Below, in pieces: positions 10,619-22,600 of a stretch of DNA of 54,115 bases. The stretch's first letter is position 1. Every line of letters begins with the position of its first letter. Made by a program: the position numbers and the translations under genes. The DNA lies in contig NIVC01004224.1 of assembly GCA_002269645.1 (NCBI GenBank), forward strand, positions 1-54,115. Reading direction: 5' to 3'. A model generated the notes under the pieces. It ran no database searches and was not told the DNA's origin. It saw only the letters and a program-made list of their open reading frames with translations. This DNA is from Macrostomum lignano (lineage: Eukaryota).

Positions 10619-10631
10619 TGGCGCCCAATGT
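10619..10631 (+). promoter_or_regulatory. Primer-binding site, tRNA-Lys(CUU) type
   Basis: TGGCGCCCAATGT matches the known Lys1,2 PBS TGGCGCCCAACGT at 12/13 positions; the mismatch is a CpG>TpG change. Confidence 0.8.
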
Positions 10632-10699
10632 AAAATAATTAAGTCAATTCAGTAAGGCTGGCAAAGGCCATGCCATCGTCATAGTCGTAGCCCTCCACC

Positions 10700-11300
10700 A
10701 GTCTTCTCATCGCTTCGTCTGTCGGCCTCATCGCTTCGTTTGTCGGCCTCATCGCTTCGTCTGTCGGCCTCATCGCTTCGTCTGTCGGCCTCATCGCTTC
10801 GTCTGCCGGGGGTGCGTCCTGCGGTGTCCTCGGTCTCTCTCGGTCTCAAATTCTCGGCCGGGGCACCTCAGGGCTCGCCTGCCGGATCGTCTCTTCGCTC
10901 ATCGTCTGCCGGGGGTGCGTCCTGCGGTGTCCTCGGTCTCTCTCGGTTTCCAATTCTCTGCCGGGGCGCCTCGGGGCTCGCCTGCCGGATCGTCTCTTCG
11001 CTCGCCTTCCGGATCGTCTCTTCGCTCATCGTCTGCCGGGGGTGCGTCCTGCGGTGTCCTCGGTCTCTCTCGGTTTCCAATTCTCTGCCGGGGCGCCTCG
11101 GGGCTCGCCTGCCGGATCGTCTCTTCGCTCGCCTTCCGGATCGTCTCTTCGCTCATCGTCTGCCGGGGGTGCGTCCTGCGGTGTCCTCGGTCTCTCTCGG
11201 TTCAAATTCTCGGCCGGGGCGCCTCGGGGCTCGCCTGCCGGATCGTCTCTTCGCTCATCGCCTGCCGGATCGTCTCTTCGCTCATCGCCTGCCAGATCGC
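10700..11300. repeat. GC-rich composite tandem repeats inside the LTR element (21-bp CTCATCGCTTCGTCTGTCGGC x5, then ~125-bp units and ~27-bp subunits)
   Basis: Direct repetition visible; explains the overlapping spurious ORFs at 10740-11351. Confidence 0.9.
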
Positions 11301-13142
11301 CTCGTTAATTCGTCATTCAATTTTTTCTTTCACCATGTAGTCACAATTTAAAAAATTAAATTAATTTTTAGGGGGAGGGCGGATATATTCAGTCTTTTCA
11401 GTCTTCTCATTGGTTCAAAAACTACTCAATAAAAATCTAAGTTTAAAATTCGGTCTAAATATTTTGCATTCGCTCTACTGTTTTTGTATTCAAATTCTTA
11501 GTCATTATGTATTTTTCAAATCGTTTTATACACCATTTATTGTGAATGTGTTTTTCAATTTAATTCGACCTAATTCTAACTCATTAATTTCAATTGGTAA
11601 TGGTACTCGAAAATTCAAAAAATGTTCCATTTTTTTGGGGGGAGTGTCGCGACTTTCCTAGTCATTTCTTTAGTTCACCTTCACTTGTCTCTGTTTACTG
11701 TTTTCTCTCTCTCTGTGTCTAGCTCAATCTTGTTATTCTTATCTCTCTCTCCCTTGCTGCCTTCTGATTGGTTCTCCATTCTCGCCTCTCTATTTAGTCG
11801 TGCACTCCACCCCCTCTCTTTATTATCTGCAATTCAAACCCCCTAAGTTAATGTCTGGTATAAATATACTTGTTTGGGCCCTGCGCCCACTTACTGGCTT
11901 ATCTTAGGTTCAATTTAACTCCAATTAAATAGTTTTTAGTTTAGTTAGTATTTTTTCTACATACTAATACATTAAGTAATAATAATAATATTAATATTAA
12001 TATTGGAAACGGACTGACTAACAGAGCTGATCTTCCTAGAAAAGAATATAATGGAAAACAATTTAGGAATAAAAAATTGTGATTTTCTCATTCTTCCATA
12101 ATCTCATTCTAATGATTTTCTCATTCTAATTTCATTTTTCCATAATGAGAATTTTTAGAGGACATAATTTCGGCGCGAGTAGTTGGCGCATTTAGATCCG
12201 TATTGCATGTATATGAATTTGGCTGCAAGAATCCGATCGGCTTTAATTTACGTTTCTGTGAATAAAGAAACTGGTGCGGCGTAGTCTATATCTTCGTCTC
12301 TAAATGTCTCTATTGAGATTAGAGGGAAGAGAGCTGAGAAGAGACATAGACCATCAACGGGGCGGATTGCTATTGTGAAGTTTGAAAAGACCCGGGGGGG
12401 TCGGATAGAGAAGCTTCGCGGGTTGGAGTTTGCCGAATCCTGCCCCTTGATGAAAGCGAGATGACCTTCAAATCGACTGCAGACTGTTATGCATCGCAGT
12501 TCGACTGCATTAATCTTAATCTGACGGTATATTTGGATACAGAGGCTGCCACAGATATGGGTAAATTCAATTTTCAACCGGCAGCTATAAGTCTCTATAG
12601 TAAAATCAAGACGTGTGCTTTTTAGGCAAGTCTCTTGTGTACAATCGTACAACCCTGTCTCTCTCATGCCTGATTCTTTATCGCCACGTCTCTCTCCCTC
12701 CCGATTCACTTCACAATTCGTTCCAAGCAAGCAGGCAGTCAGTATTTCATTGGCTCTGGCAGCATGCTGAACGCACTCGCGGCTTCCAGTATTCGCAATT
12801 TTTGCCTCTCCGTGTACTGTACGGAGTGTCCACCCAGTGCATGCCAGATTGGGGTGGCAGGAGTGCAGAAGTGAACAAGTCATTGCCTGTTCAATGACTT
12901 CCCTGTACGTTGTCTTCCCTCCACCTCAACGGGCAAAAAACGTCCAGCATGGCTATCAAACCGACTTTACGGACTGTTAGTGTTACAACAGTTGCCAATT
13001 GAGTGAAATAGCGCCAGTTTTAACGCCATTAAAGCGCGCAATTCGTGAGGTTAGCTACAACTAAGGCTATAATAAACAGTTTTGGCTACAAACTTGGCCC
13101 ACTGCTCTGCACACATCAACTAGCAAGACCTGTCCAGTCAGC

Positions 13143-14830
13143 ATGGCCATGTCTCGAGCCGACCAGCCATTGAATGCTCAGACAGAAGCCGGCCGACTTT
13201 ACAAGGCTATGAAAGGCCTCGGCACGGATGAGAAGACAATCATTGACGTCATGGCTAGACGACCGTCGCATCAGCGGGCCGAGATCGCGCGCGCCTTCAA
13301 GACCGCCTACGGCAAGGAGCTGGTTGACGCATTCAAGTCTGAGCTCAGTGGCAGTTTCTACAAAACGTGCAAGTCTTTGTGCTACGTGCTCTGCGAGTTT
13401 GACGCAATCTGCCTGCGCGAGGCAATGGAGGTGGGAGTTTTATAGAGTTAAAATCTGTTTTCAGATCATCATTCTACGAATACATGTAGTTGACATCATT
13501 GCATTTGGATTGCTTCACAAGGGCAAGTAGTTATAGCAGTTTTTTTTCAGTAGAAGTCATTAGCAAATTCAATCCTAAATCGAACTAATACATGAGTTGT
13601 AGTTGTATTTATGAAACAGCATCACTTGTTATTCAGTAAAGTAGATTCCCATGAGTATTCTTGAGTAGCCATAATATCAAGTGAATAAAGGTGAAATCTG
13701 TTATTCATATTCGCCAAAATGAAATTGTCAAGACGTGCTTTTGGTTTAAAAAATCTTAAATCTGTACGAAAACATTACGTATTTCTGCGTCCGCAACAGG
13801 GAATTGGAACAGATGAAGAGGCGCTGATAGACATCCTGACGACCAGAAGTAACTATCAGATCAGAGCTATAAAGGAGGCATTTGAGAGACGTGAGTATTG
13901 ATACGATGACTACCTGTTCGAATTTGCATAATTTCTAACTATAAATTATTTCCCTGACTTCCACGCTGCACTCGCAGTGTTTCATCGAAACCTGGAGTCG
14001 GACGTTCGATCAGAGACCAGCGGCGACTTCCGCAAGGTGCTGGTGTCACTGCTCACCGCCGGTCGCGAGGAGGGTCCGGTCCGGCCGGAAGCGGTGGCTG
14101 CAGACGCTGAGACGCTCTACAGAGCAGGCGAGGGCCGTCTTGGCACAGACGAGGACACCCTGAACCGCCTGCTGTGCAGCCGATCGCCCGCTCACGTCGC
14201 CGCCGTCGCCGATGCTTACAAGAAGAAAAGACATCGCGGCCTACAGGATGCAATCGCAGCGGAGACCAGCGGCGACTATCGCAATGCGTTGTTAAGCGTC
14301 GTCTCATTCGCTGAAGATCCGGCCAGGCAAGTTCAATTAAAAAATTCTACGTTGAAGTAGTCTAACTGCTGTCAAATTGCCCTGTGGTTTAGTGTCGGTT
14401 CTGAGGTGACGTGTTAGTCAAGTGGGAAGTTCATGCAGTAGGTAGCGCCACGTGTCCATCTTCTGGCTTTATTTTTAACCCAGTGTTCGGTTTATGAAGT
14501 GACGAATGCTTCGATTTTTGAAATAACCCTTAACTACGAGCCTATTGGCCTTTTAGAAAGAGGTGAATCATCAAAAAAGTATGATTTTAGGTCTACGCTG
14601 TCTCTTCACCTTGCAGACACGTGGCTGGCATGCTGTACCGCAGCATGAAGGGCGCGGGCACGAACGACAGGCGCCTGCAGCGAACCATAATCGGCTTCTG
14701 CGAGTCTGACATGCCAGCCGTGAAGGCCGCTTTTCAGCGACAGTACGGCGAAAGTCTCGCCGTGATGATCCGTGGCGACACGTCGGGCGACTACGAGAGA
14801 GTTCTGCTGACCCTCATTGGCGATGCTTGA
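13143..14830 (+). CDS. Annexin, 4 repeats, 313 aa; exons 13143-13430, 13800-13890, 13978-14326, 14617-14830
   Basis: Endonexin motifs MKGLGTDE, MEGIGTDE, GEGRLGTDE, MKGAGTND, each with the downstream acidic cap (SELSG, SETSG, AETSG, GDTSG). Splicing is frame-consistent (942 nt); intron 3 uses a GC donor. Subfamily not assignable by eye. Confidence 0.95.
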
Positions 14831-15568
14831 GCTGTCATAAGCTGTCATGAGCTGTCAGTTTGTTGTGACTAAATATTTATTAGTAATCACTCATTCCTTA
14901 ATCAACTGACAGTACTTTTCGCTTCTAACTCCAAACCCAGTATAAAATCCATCGCTTTATTCTCGCTTTGCCAGAAGATTTATTCGTTTTAAATTGCTGT
15001 CTTAGTTTGTTTCTTTGCATCCCCTATCTGTACCAGAAGGCCGAATCGTGAAAATGTTCTGCTGAACAGCGAAAGCGATATAATTGCAACGTCTTTACAA
15101 ACATTATTAATTTGTGTCAAAGAAAATGAACACTACGAGTAAAAGCGCTTGTCAGCGAAGCCTTCGATTTGTTTGAATACGGCGGCGAAATGAATAATCG
15201 CATCAAAATAAAGACACTCGCTGTTCTGCATGTATTTTGAACAGAGCCTGTAGTCCAGACAACACCGAAACACCCTGTCAGCTACCTAAGAGAAAGTTGT
15301 TAAGACACGTCGAAGGCCATAAAACCGTAGCAAGAAAAACCATTTCTACGCGTAATTTATTCCGCAAAAAATCTCACTGATACTACTTAGTTAGTACAAA
15401 AGTCGGTAGTATGGCCGGATTTGAAGACAGAGAAGCAAATGATACAAAAGAAAATGAAAAGAGGCGGGATTAAGCGAAGAAAACGTTGCGTCACTGTCAG
15501 AACGAAGCAAGTAGCCTTAGAAATAAAAGTACATCGTAAATAAACGACGAAGACCAATTAATTAAATT

Positions 15569-18482
15569 TCACTTCTTCTTTTTGCCTCCGCCGCCTTTCT
15601 TCTTTTTGCCGCGCATCGTTTTGCGAATCTTGTAGGAGCGCCAGAAGCTCTGGATGGTGGTTGCCGCACTGATCATCATCTGCATCTCGTGCTCGGCCGC
15701 CCGACGGCGCTCCTCGGCCACGCGGCGCTCCTCCATGATCTGCAGGTACTCCTCTTCCAGGGTCTGCGGGTAGGGTGGGGCGTTGGAAGGGCGAAGCGCT
15801 TTACTATTTATCGAGTTCTCCTCTAGTGTCACGGGACTGTCTGCTTCAATGACGACTCAAGTAAAGCAGAAAAAAAGGAAAGTTTAATTTCTTAGAAAAT
15901 ACGGTGCACCTGGATAGTCTGTCTGAACAAACTAAATAGCTCGTAATCATTAAAGCATTGAAAACATTGCAACAAACATTAAAGATTTTGAAATTAATGC
16001 ACACCTTCGCTATTCTCTTACTGAAAACATGGTTTTTTTACGTACAGATCTTCTTATAGTAGCGAAGATTCCGCAAGTCCTTGTATTGTACGAGCGCACT
16101 ACTTTTGGCCTTATGGTCATTTAACAGCATAATCCCAAAGAACTTCAAAATTCGGAATTTTTTGTCAAATCCGGCATATTTTATAAAAAATTTCCAACAC
16201 ATGCATTCAAGCACCATGCAATGGTGAGATTTGTCTTACCTTGAACCGCTCCTCCAGTTCAGACAGCTGCTTCTTCTCCTCGGTGTAGGCGGCATCAACG
16301 TCTTCGTATTCCTCCTGTGCGGTTGAGAAGGTGAAGCACGTAAGAACTTTGCACAGTACCGCTTGAAAATAAGCCTAATTAGAGCACTCCTACTGGGTTG
16401 CTAAGCCGTAGCCAAGTGGTCGAGCGTGGCGCTCTCATGTGCCAGCGGCCCAGGCTCGATTCCAAGTGCAGTCACATTAATTTGGGGCTGAATTGGAATC
16501 TCGGCTTGGCTCTGCTCATGCAATTAACGGCCTTGAGGGCCAACCCCCAAGGCACAGTGAAGTGTACATGCCTAACGGGATAAATAAAGTTAGGGCCGCT
16601 GTACACTCCTGTGTGAGTGTGTGCCTGTGCGTATGACTGCGTACGTATCCGCGCGCTTGTGTGCCTGCGCAAGGGGATATGTGTGGGTTTTGTGACAATG
16701 TCGCACAGCCCTTTGCAATTTATTGCAAAATTAAGAAAATACCCCATCTAGTTAATGCAATTAGTGCGAAAAATCTGGTTTGTGGCGCCTGATGATAGCA
16801 AAGGCAAAACTCGTTGGCAAACTACCCACCTGCCGAGTGCCCATCTCGCTGTCATATTTGCTAATAATATTCTCAATCTCGGTCTCCAGTTTGAACTTCT
16901 TCGAGCGCAGCTGCTGCTCAGAGTCGCGGTGCTCGGCGATCAGATTGTCCAGCTGAGTGCGCAGCTGGTTGCGCTCCTGAGTGAGCTTGTGCACCTTGCC
17001 TTCGCTGTTCTTCGAATCCGTCTGCTGCTGCTTCTCGGCCTCGCTTCGAATGTTCTTGATGCTCTCCTCGGCGTACTTCTCCACGTGGTGGATGTCCGAT
17101 TGGATTTTGCGAATCACGTCGTTCTTCTTCTTGACCTCCGCCTCTTTATCCGCCGTGGCGGCGCTCAGCTCGGCCTCGAGCTTCTTGATCACCTCAGCTT
17201 GCTGTCGTTCGCGCTCGGACATCTCGTGCAGGTAGGTGAGCTTGTCCTGCTTCTCCACCGGTGTGGTCATCAGGCGCACAACCATGATGTCGCGCAGGTG
17301 TTCCATCCGGTCCAGCATCTCTTTGGTCTCGGTTTGCGGCTTGAGCTTAGCAGACTGGAGCACGGCCGTCACGGCTGGCGGGTTGCTGCGGAAGGCGCGG
17401 AGCAGAACTCGGGCTGAGAACTGCAGCCGCGGCAGCAGGCTCGCGGCCTCAGCCTCCAGCTCGGCCTGCAGAGGAAGCAGCTCCTCCTTGGACTGCGTCA
17501 CTACTGGCGCTTCATCAGCCTCCGGCTCGGCTTCCTGAGGGAATGCGGATTAGTTGGGGTTGATTTGCACTGGCGTAGATAGAAGGATTCTAAAATTAAC
17601 CACTGTTGACTGAACTGGATTCGAGCTCATTACGGATGTCGCATCCGTGGAGGGACCCGTCCTTTGAAACCCGAGGGCCGGATAGAGTCTTAATAGCAAT
17701 TCTCAGTCTTAGAGTCTTAATAGGAATTCTCAATCTTAGAGCCTTAATAGGAATTCTCAATCTTAGAGAATCTCCTCTCTCACCTTCCCTTCTCTTTCTC
17801 TTTTCTCCTCCCTTCTCTCTTAACTTCTCTCATATCTCTCTCATCCCATAGCTTGCCACTCCCCTCATCTCTTATCTGCTATTCCCTCTTCTTTTTTCTC
17901 TCATCTGGACTGCAGTCATGAGCTGGATTCTTTATCTGGCCCTTGAGGTAAAAAAGTTTGCCGAACCCTGCTCTGAACTGTATTGCTCATTTTTATTTTG
18001 TGCAATATTGTCTTTAGTACAGAAATACCACAAGAAATCCAAACAGAAAACTGCATAAACAATGCCCAGAAATTTACTTGGCTCCAGAAGTCTTCAGTGA
18101 GGGCGACCGGCTTTGGTGCCTCGTATTTGCGATCGTGGATAACGTCCAGCTTAGCGCTGACCAAGTCGAACTGCCGGCTCAAATTCCCGTGCTCGACCAG
18201 CAGGGCGGTCAGCTCGCGGCCGAGCACGATCTGGAAGTCGTCCAGGTTGCGGAGCAGCGCCGGTAGGGCGGCTAGAAGTTCAACTCGCTTTGAGCCGTCA
18301 ATCATGACGCCCATGATGCGTTGAGTCTCCAGCGTCGTGAGCTTCTTCCTGGCTGGCTCCAGCTGCCAGCCCATCTCGGATTTCTGCGACTTTCCCGCGG
18401 CAGCCGCTGTCTTGGCCGGGCTTCGCTGCTGCGGCTGACCTCCTGGCTGCTGCTCAGCTACGCCAAGAGCTTTCACTGACAT
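15569..18482 (-). CDS. IQCD: IQ-domain protein D / dynein regulatory complex subunit DRC10, 459 aa; exons 18482-18078, 17534-16830, 16314-16240, 15763-15569
   Basis: KKLTTLETQRIM N-terminal motif, long coiled coil, KKFKLETEIENIISKYDSEMG, C-terminal IQ motif AATTIQSFWRSYKIRK and Lys/Gly tail, all matching IQCD as recalled. All introns are GT-AG, phase 0. Confidence 0.92.
16405..16678 (+). mobile_element. tRNA-derived SINE, copy 2 (CpG-intact), in IQCD intron 2
   Basis: A-box TAGCCAAGTGG, B-box-like GGCTCGATTCC, body homologous to the 6182 and 33150 copies. Confidence 0.82.
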
Positions 18483-19651
18483 TTTGCCCTGTTGATTGCC
18501 ACTGCTTTTTTTAGCCTTTATAGCTCGTCTTTTGCATAAAGGGGAAATAAATTATTAATACTTTTAGCTATGTGTTGCAGATATCTAGCCATGGTGTAAA
18601 CATCCACACAAAAATATACTGTCAATTTTGGCGTGGATTGATTGCAAAGTAATCGAACACTATTAAACAGAGCCGATGCAAGTTAGCTCCAAAAATTTCA
18701 AGTGTCAAGATAGTCATCAAATCGAAAATATTGTACATTAAAACCTAATTCTACAAAAAAATTCTTGCAATTTTTTCTTACTCCTACTCTTCTAGACACA
18801 CTATCCCATTTGGAACTCGGGTTTACAGGGGTTTTAAGATATTGGACGCTATCTCCATCTATGCACTCTTATATATTTAGCTTGTAGTATAGAAGGACAA
18901 AGAAGAAATGTTCCCCAAAATCCACAAAGAACCTAAACCTTCCAGCTATAGTCCAAAGCGGTAGTATTCTACACATTATTATTTGTTTGTTCATTTGTCT
19001 CAAACTGATTCTATGTAGTCCAAGGGCCTAGAGTAAATTAAGGATCAATTTTTGGCAAGTGATATTAATATAAAAAGCAAGCAAGCCGCTCCCGAATATC
19101 GAGAATGTAGAAGCTACTAAAACTAATGAAAAACAGAAGCTTATTTTTTCGACCAGATAAAAATGATTACAAAAAAACTAATACATTAAAAAGGAATACA
19201 GTGAAATTTAGAAATGATTTATGTTCTGTAGATCTGGTTAAGTAGTAGCCACAAGAATACAATCAGACTGTAATGGTATTTATACAATTGTGATTTATTA
19301 GCGTTTAAGAAAAAGTGCACTCTTTTTTCAAGTCAAATTTTGCGTTAGAAACAGTACTAAACAGAACATAGTTTATAACAAATAGTATCGAATTCCAAAT
19401 CGTTTTATTCGAAAAAAAAATTTATTTTTAAGGCATCAATGCTTTTTAACTTAATAACTTCGCCTTTGAGAAAGAAATGTCGGTAACAAAACTAAATTCA
19501 AACGGACAATTACCCCACGTCACTCAGGGTATTGCACAAGTGTAAGTCCTACTCGTCATTTTTTCTCAAATTACGTACTTAAGTTCTCAAGCCAATTGCC
19601 TTAGCCTGCTCATATATAGTAACATTTGTTGCTAGACAGCATTAGGTTAAA

Positions 19652-22600
19652 ATGTCTCCTGTGTATATTGCTTTGTTTTCTGCTTTATTCGTTAGCTGCA
19701 ATGCTTACTTTATTACCATCGATGCAAACGAAGAACAATGTTTTTTTGATAGAGTCGTTTCAGGAACAAAGATGACATTGATGTTTGAGGTCGCTGAAGG
19801 TGGATTTTTGGATATTGATGTCAAGGTAAAAACATGATGAACTATTTTTGTGTATTTTGATTATATTTTTTATTCAATATATGCAACATTTATACTCATG
19901 ACATGTATTCATGCATCATTAATTATACTAACATTATTTTTATAATAGGCCTTATACTATTATACTATACAAAAATATTTTAGCCTTAGGCCTAATATTT
20001 AATAAGTTTGAATGTGTTTTTTTTATAAAAAAAATAGGTCTGTCATTTGAAAGGCTATCTAAAAAAGCATTTAAATGATGTATCAAAAAGAACTTTTGAA
20101 TTAGAAAAAAATAGTAAAATGAACTAGTTGAACTAAACAACTCAGCAATTATTTTATTTTAGGCAGTTGTTATTATTATGGTGATGTATAAATAGCGAGA
20201 TGGTTATTTTTACAGTTAACACTTAAAACAAATACAATCTAAATAAAGAAACAAACTTGCTATGCAAATACTATGATGGTTAAATGTAAAAAATAAATAA
20301 ACATTATATTAATAAATTCCATGGTAACTTCTAGTGGTTCTTGTCATGGTAGCTCACTTTAGATAATTGTTACTATTACCTTGTAATTTAATAGAAATTT
20401 CTTCCATATAAACATAAAAATAGTTATTTTGTTTCTTATCTACGGTGACCATAAAAATAACAGTTTTGCTATTTATACGGTTATAATAAATAAAGACCAT
20501 AGGCCTGCATAGTGTCTTATGTGTTAACTGAAAAAATAACCATTTTGTTATTTATATGGTCACTGTAACAATAACAACTGCCTTTATTTTAATATTCATA
20601 CATGTGTAACAATTGGCCAAGTTGGCCAATCTAGTTGACTGATTTGGTGGCCAACCAAGGTAAGTTGCAAAAATGCCTACCCAAATAAATACCCAAGTAG
20701 TACTAAGTAGATGATAAGGCATTTTGCCTTAATAAGACAGTCATAGTTACTCCTACCATTTATCCAAAGTTGCATTAATTTTGCTTTAGGGTTTCTTTTA
20801 CATGTAAGTTGCATTTTTGTTAAAACTAAATCATATGGCCAACCAAATTTTGGAGGTTGTGTATGTATATGAATATTGATATATTAAGAATATACCCCAA
20901 ATAAGGGAGGGACCAGTTGCCCTTTTATATACACTTGAAAAAAATTAAAAGGGAAGACTTGGGCCTAAGTGCATTTTTGTCAAAATACATAGCTATCCCC
21001 TTTGCCTCCTAAGTCCCTTTAGGTTTACTTTCTATAATCTATTTGCCTCCTTCCCTGGTCTGGATCATATTAAGTATACACAGTATAATTTTTTCTCTTT
21101 ATAACAATGTCTTTTCACAAACTTTTGTCTCAATAAGACATGTCCTAATATCATGCCATGCCACATTCAAATCAAGCTATTCCATGCCATAGCATGCCAA
21201 TATACAACCTTGATATGTAATACCTAAATATATACCAATGGCATGCATGCCACAATTTTTAGGCCAAACTAAATTTATGCCAGAATTTTCTAGCATGATG
21301 TATGCTTTCTAGAGTATAGACTTCCTTTAACAAAATTATAGGCATTCCACTATACAATTCACCTGCTGGCAAAATGTGTTGCTTGCAAATCTTGGTAGGC
21401 AAATCTGCTGGCAAATCTTGGCAGGCAATTTGTCTATAGGCAACTCTCATAATTTTGTGTATAACTACTATTTTACTTTATGATATAATAGTATGATATA
21501 ACATATGCCAAAAAAGTAAATCTTATAATTTTAAGACCTAGAAACAATTAAAAAGGCTTTATAATCTTTTTTTCTTGTTAAGTCTATTTATCTTTTATTG
21601 TGTCATTTTTATTAGTATCTTCTTTATTATTAGTATAGGAAAAAGGTTAAAGGCAGTTTTATAAATATATTCGAAGTAAAATAGTTTTATTGCTTAGTTT
21701 TTGTTGTTTACCAATTCAAGATAAATATACTTGTTGTTTCTCTTTCTTTGCCAATTGCAATTGCAAATACTCAAGGATATTTTTAGAGGAATCTCTTAAC
21801 TTTCCATTGACCTTTTTAATAAATATAATGTGTACTACCATTGAAATATATTGTTTCTCTAGTTCAAATTATTGGCTTGATTATATAATATATAAGTAAC
21901 ATGTTAATATTTTATTTTGTTTAAATCTAACATGTGTGTTTCCCTTGACTAAAACCTGAAATAAAACTAACTACAATTCTCTAGTGTTAGGATTTCTTTT
22001 CCTTTACTTCAGTATGCAAATGGATAGGTTTATTCTCTTAAATCTTAATTCACTCGCAGCTCTATGGCCCAGACAACAAGGTTGTGTACAGTGGCGACCG
22101 CGAGTCCAATGGCAAGTACACTTTTGCTGCCCATATGGACGGAATCTACAAGTACTGCTTCTCCAACAAGATGAGCACTATGACGCCTAAGATTGTGCTC
22201 TTCTCCATGGACATTGGAGAGAAGCCCAAGGACAGCAAAGACATGAGCGCTGACGAGCACCACAACAAACTCGAGGAGATGATCAACCAGCTGTCCACCT
22301 CACTGACCGTTGTCAAGCACGAGCAGGAGTACATGGAGGTCCGCGAGCGAATCCATCGTTCCAGTAGGTTCTGACTAGCACTTTAGCTGCCTTCTTTTCT
22401 TTGATCCTTCAAGCCCTTGTCCCCGATCTTTCAGGCTCTTGTCCTCGATTCTTCAGACCCTTGTTCTCGATTCTTCAGACCCTTGTCCCCGATCTTTCAG
22501 ACTCTTGTCCTCGATTCTTCAGACCCTTGTTCTCGATTCTTCAGACCCTTGTCCCCGATCTTTCAGACTCTTGTCCTCGATTCTTCAGACCCTTGTTCTC

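Larger units (their letters stand above)
10298..11961 (+). mobile_element. Complete non-autonomous LTR retroelement (TRIM-like), 1664 bp
   Basis: LTRs 10298-10618 and 11645-11961 (TG...CA, nearly identical, one ~4-bp indel); 5-bp TSD TACTA on both sides; PBS TGGCGCCCAATGT directly after the 5' LTR; PPT T-tract + GGGGGGAG directly before the 3' LTR; no gag/pol. Confidence 0.93.

Noticed and set aside
10640-11340. Antisense ORF in the TRIM interior (PTDEAMR repeats, ...EGYDYDDGM)
   Set aside because: In-frame stops break it into short pieces; explained by GC-rich repeats.
12248-12900. 211-aa minus ORF and two small hairpins (CTCCGT/ACGGAG ~12808, AAGTCATTG/CAATGACTT ~12878)
   Set aside because: No protein similarity or coding bias; the hairpins lack convincing H/ACA, Sm or SL motifs.
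17611-17930. C/T-rich insert in IQCD intron 1 flanked by TGAACTGGATTC / TGAGCTGGATTC, with three ~27-bp internal repeats
   Set aside because: Could be a retro-insertion with a 12-bp TSD or a solo LTR, but no second clear copy or diagnostic termini are present.
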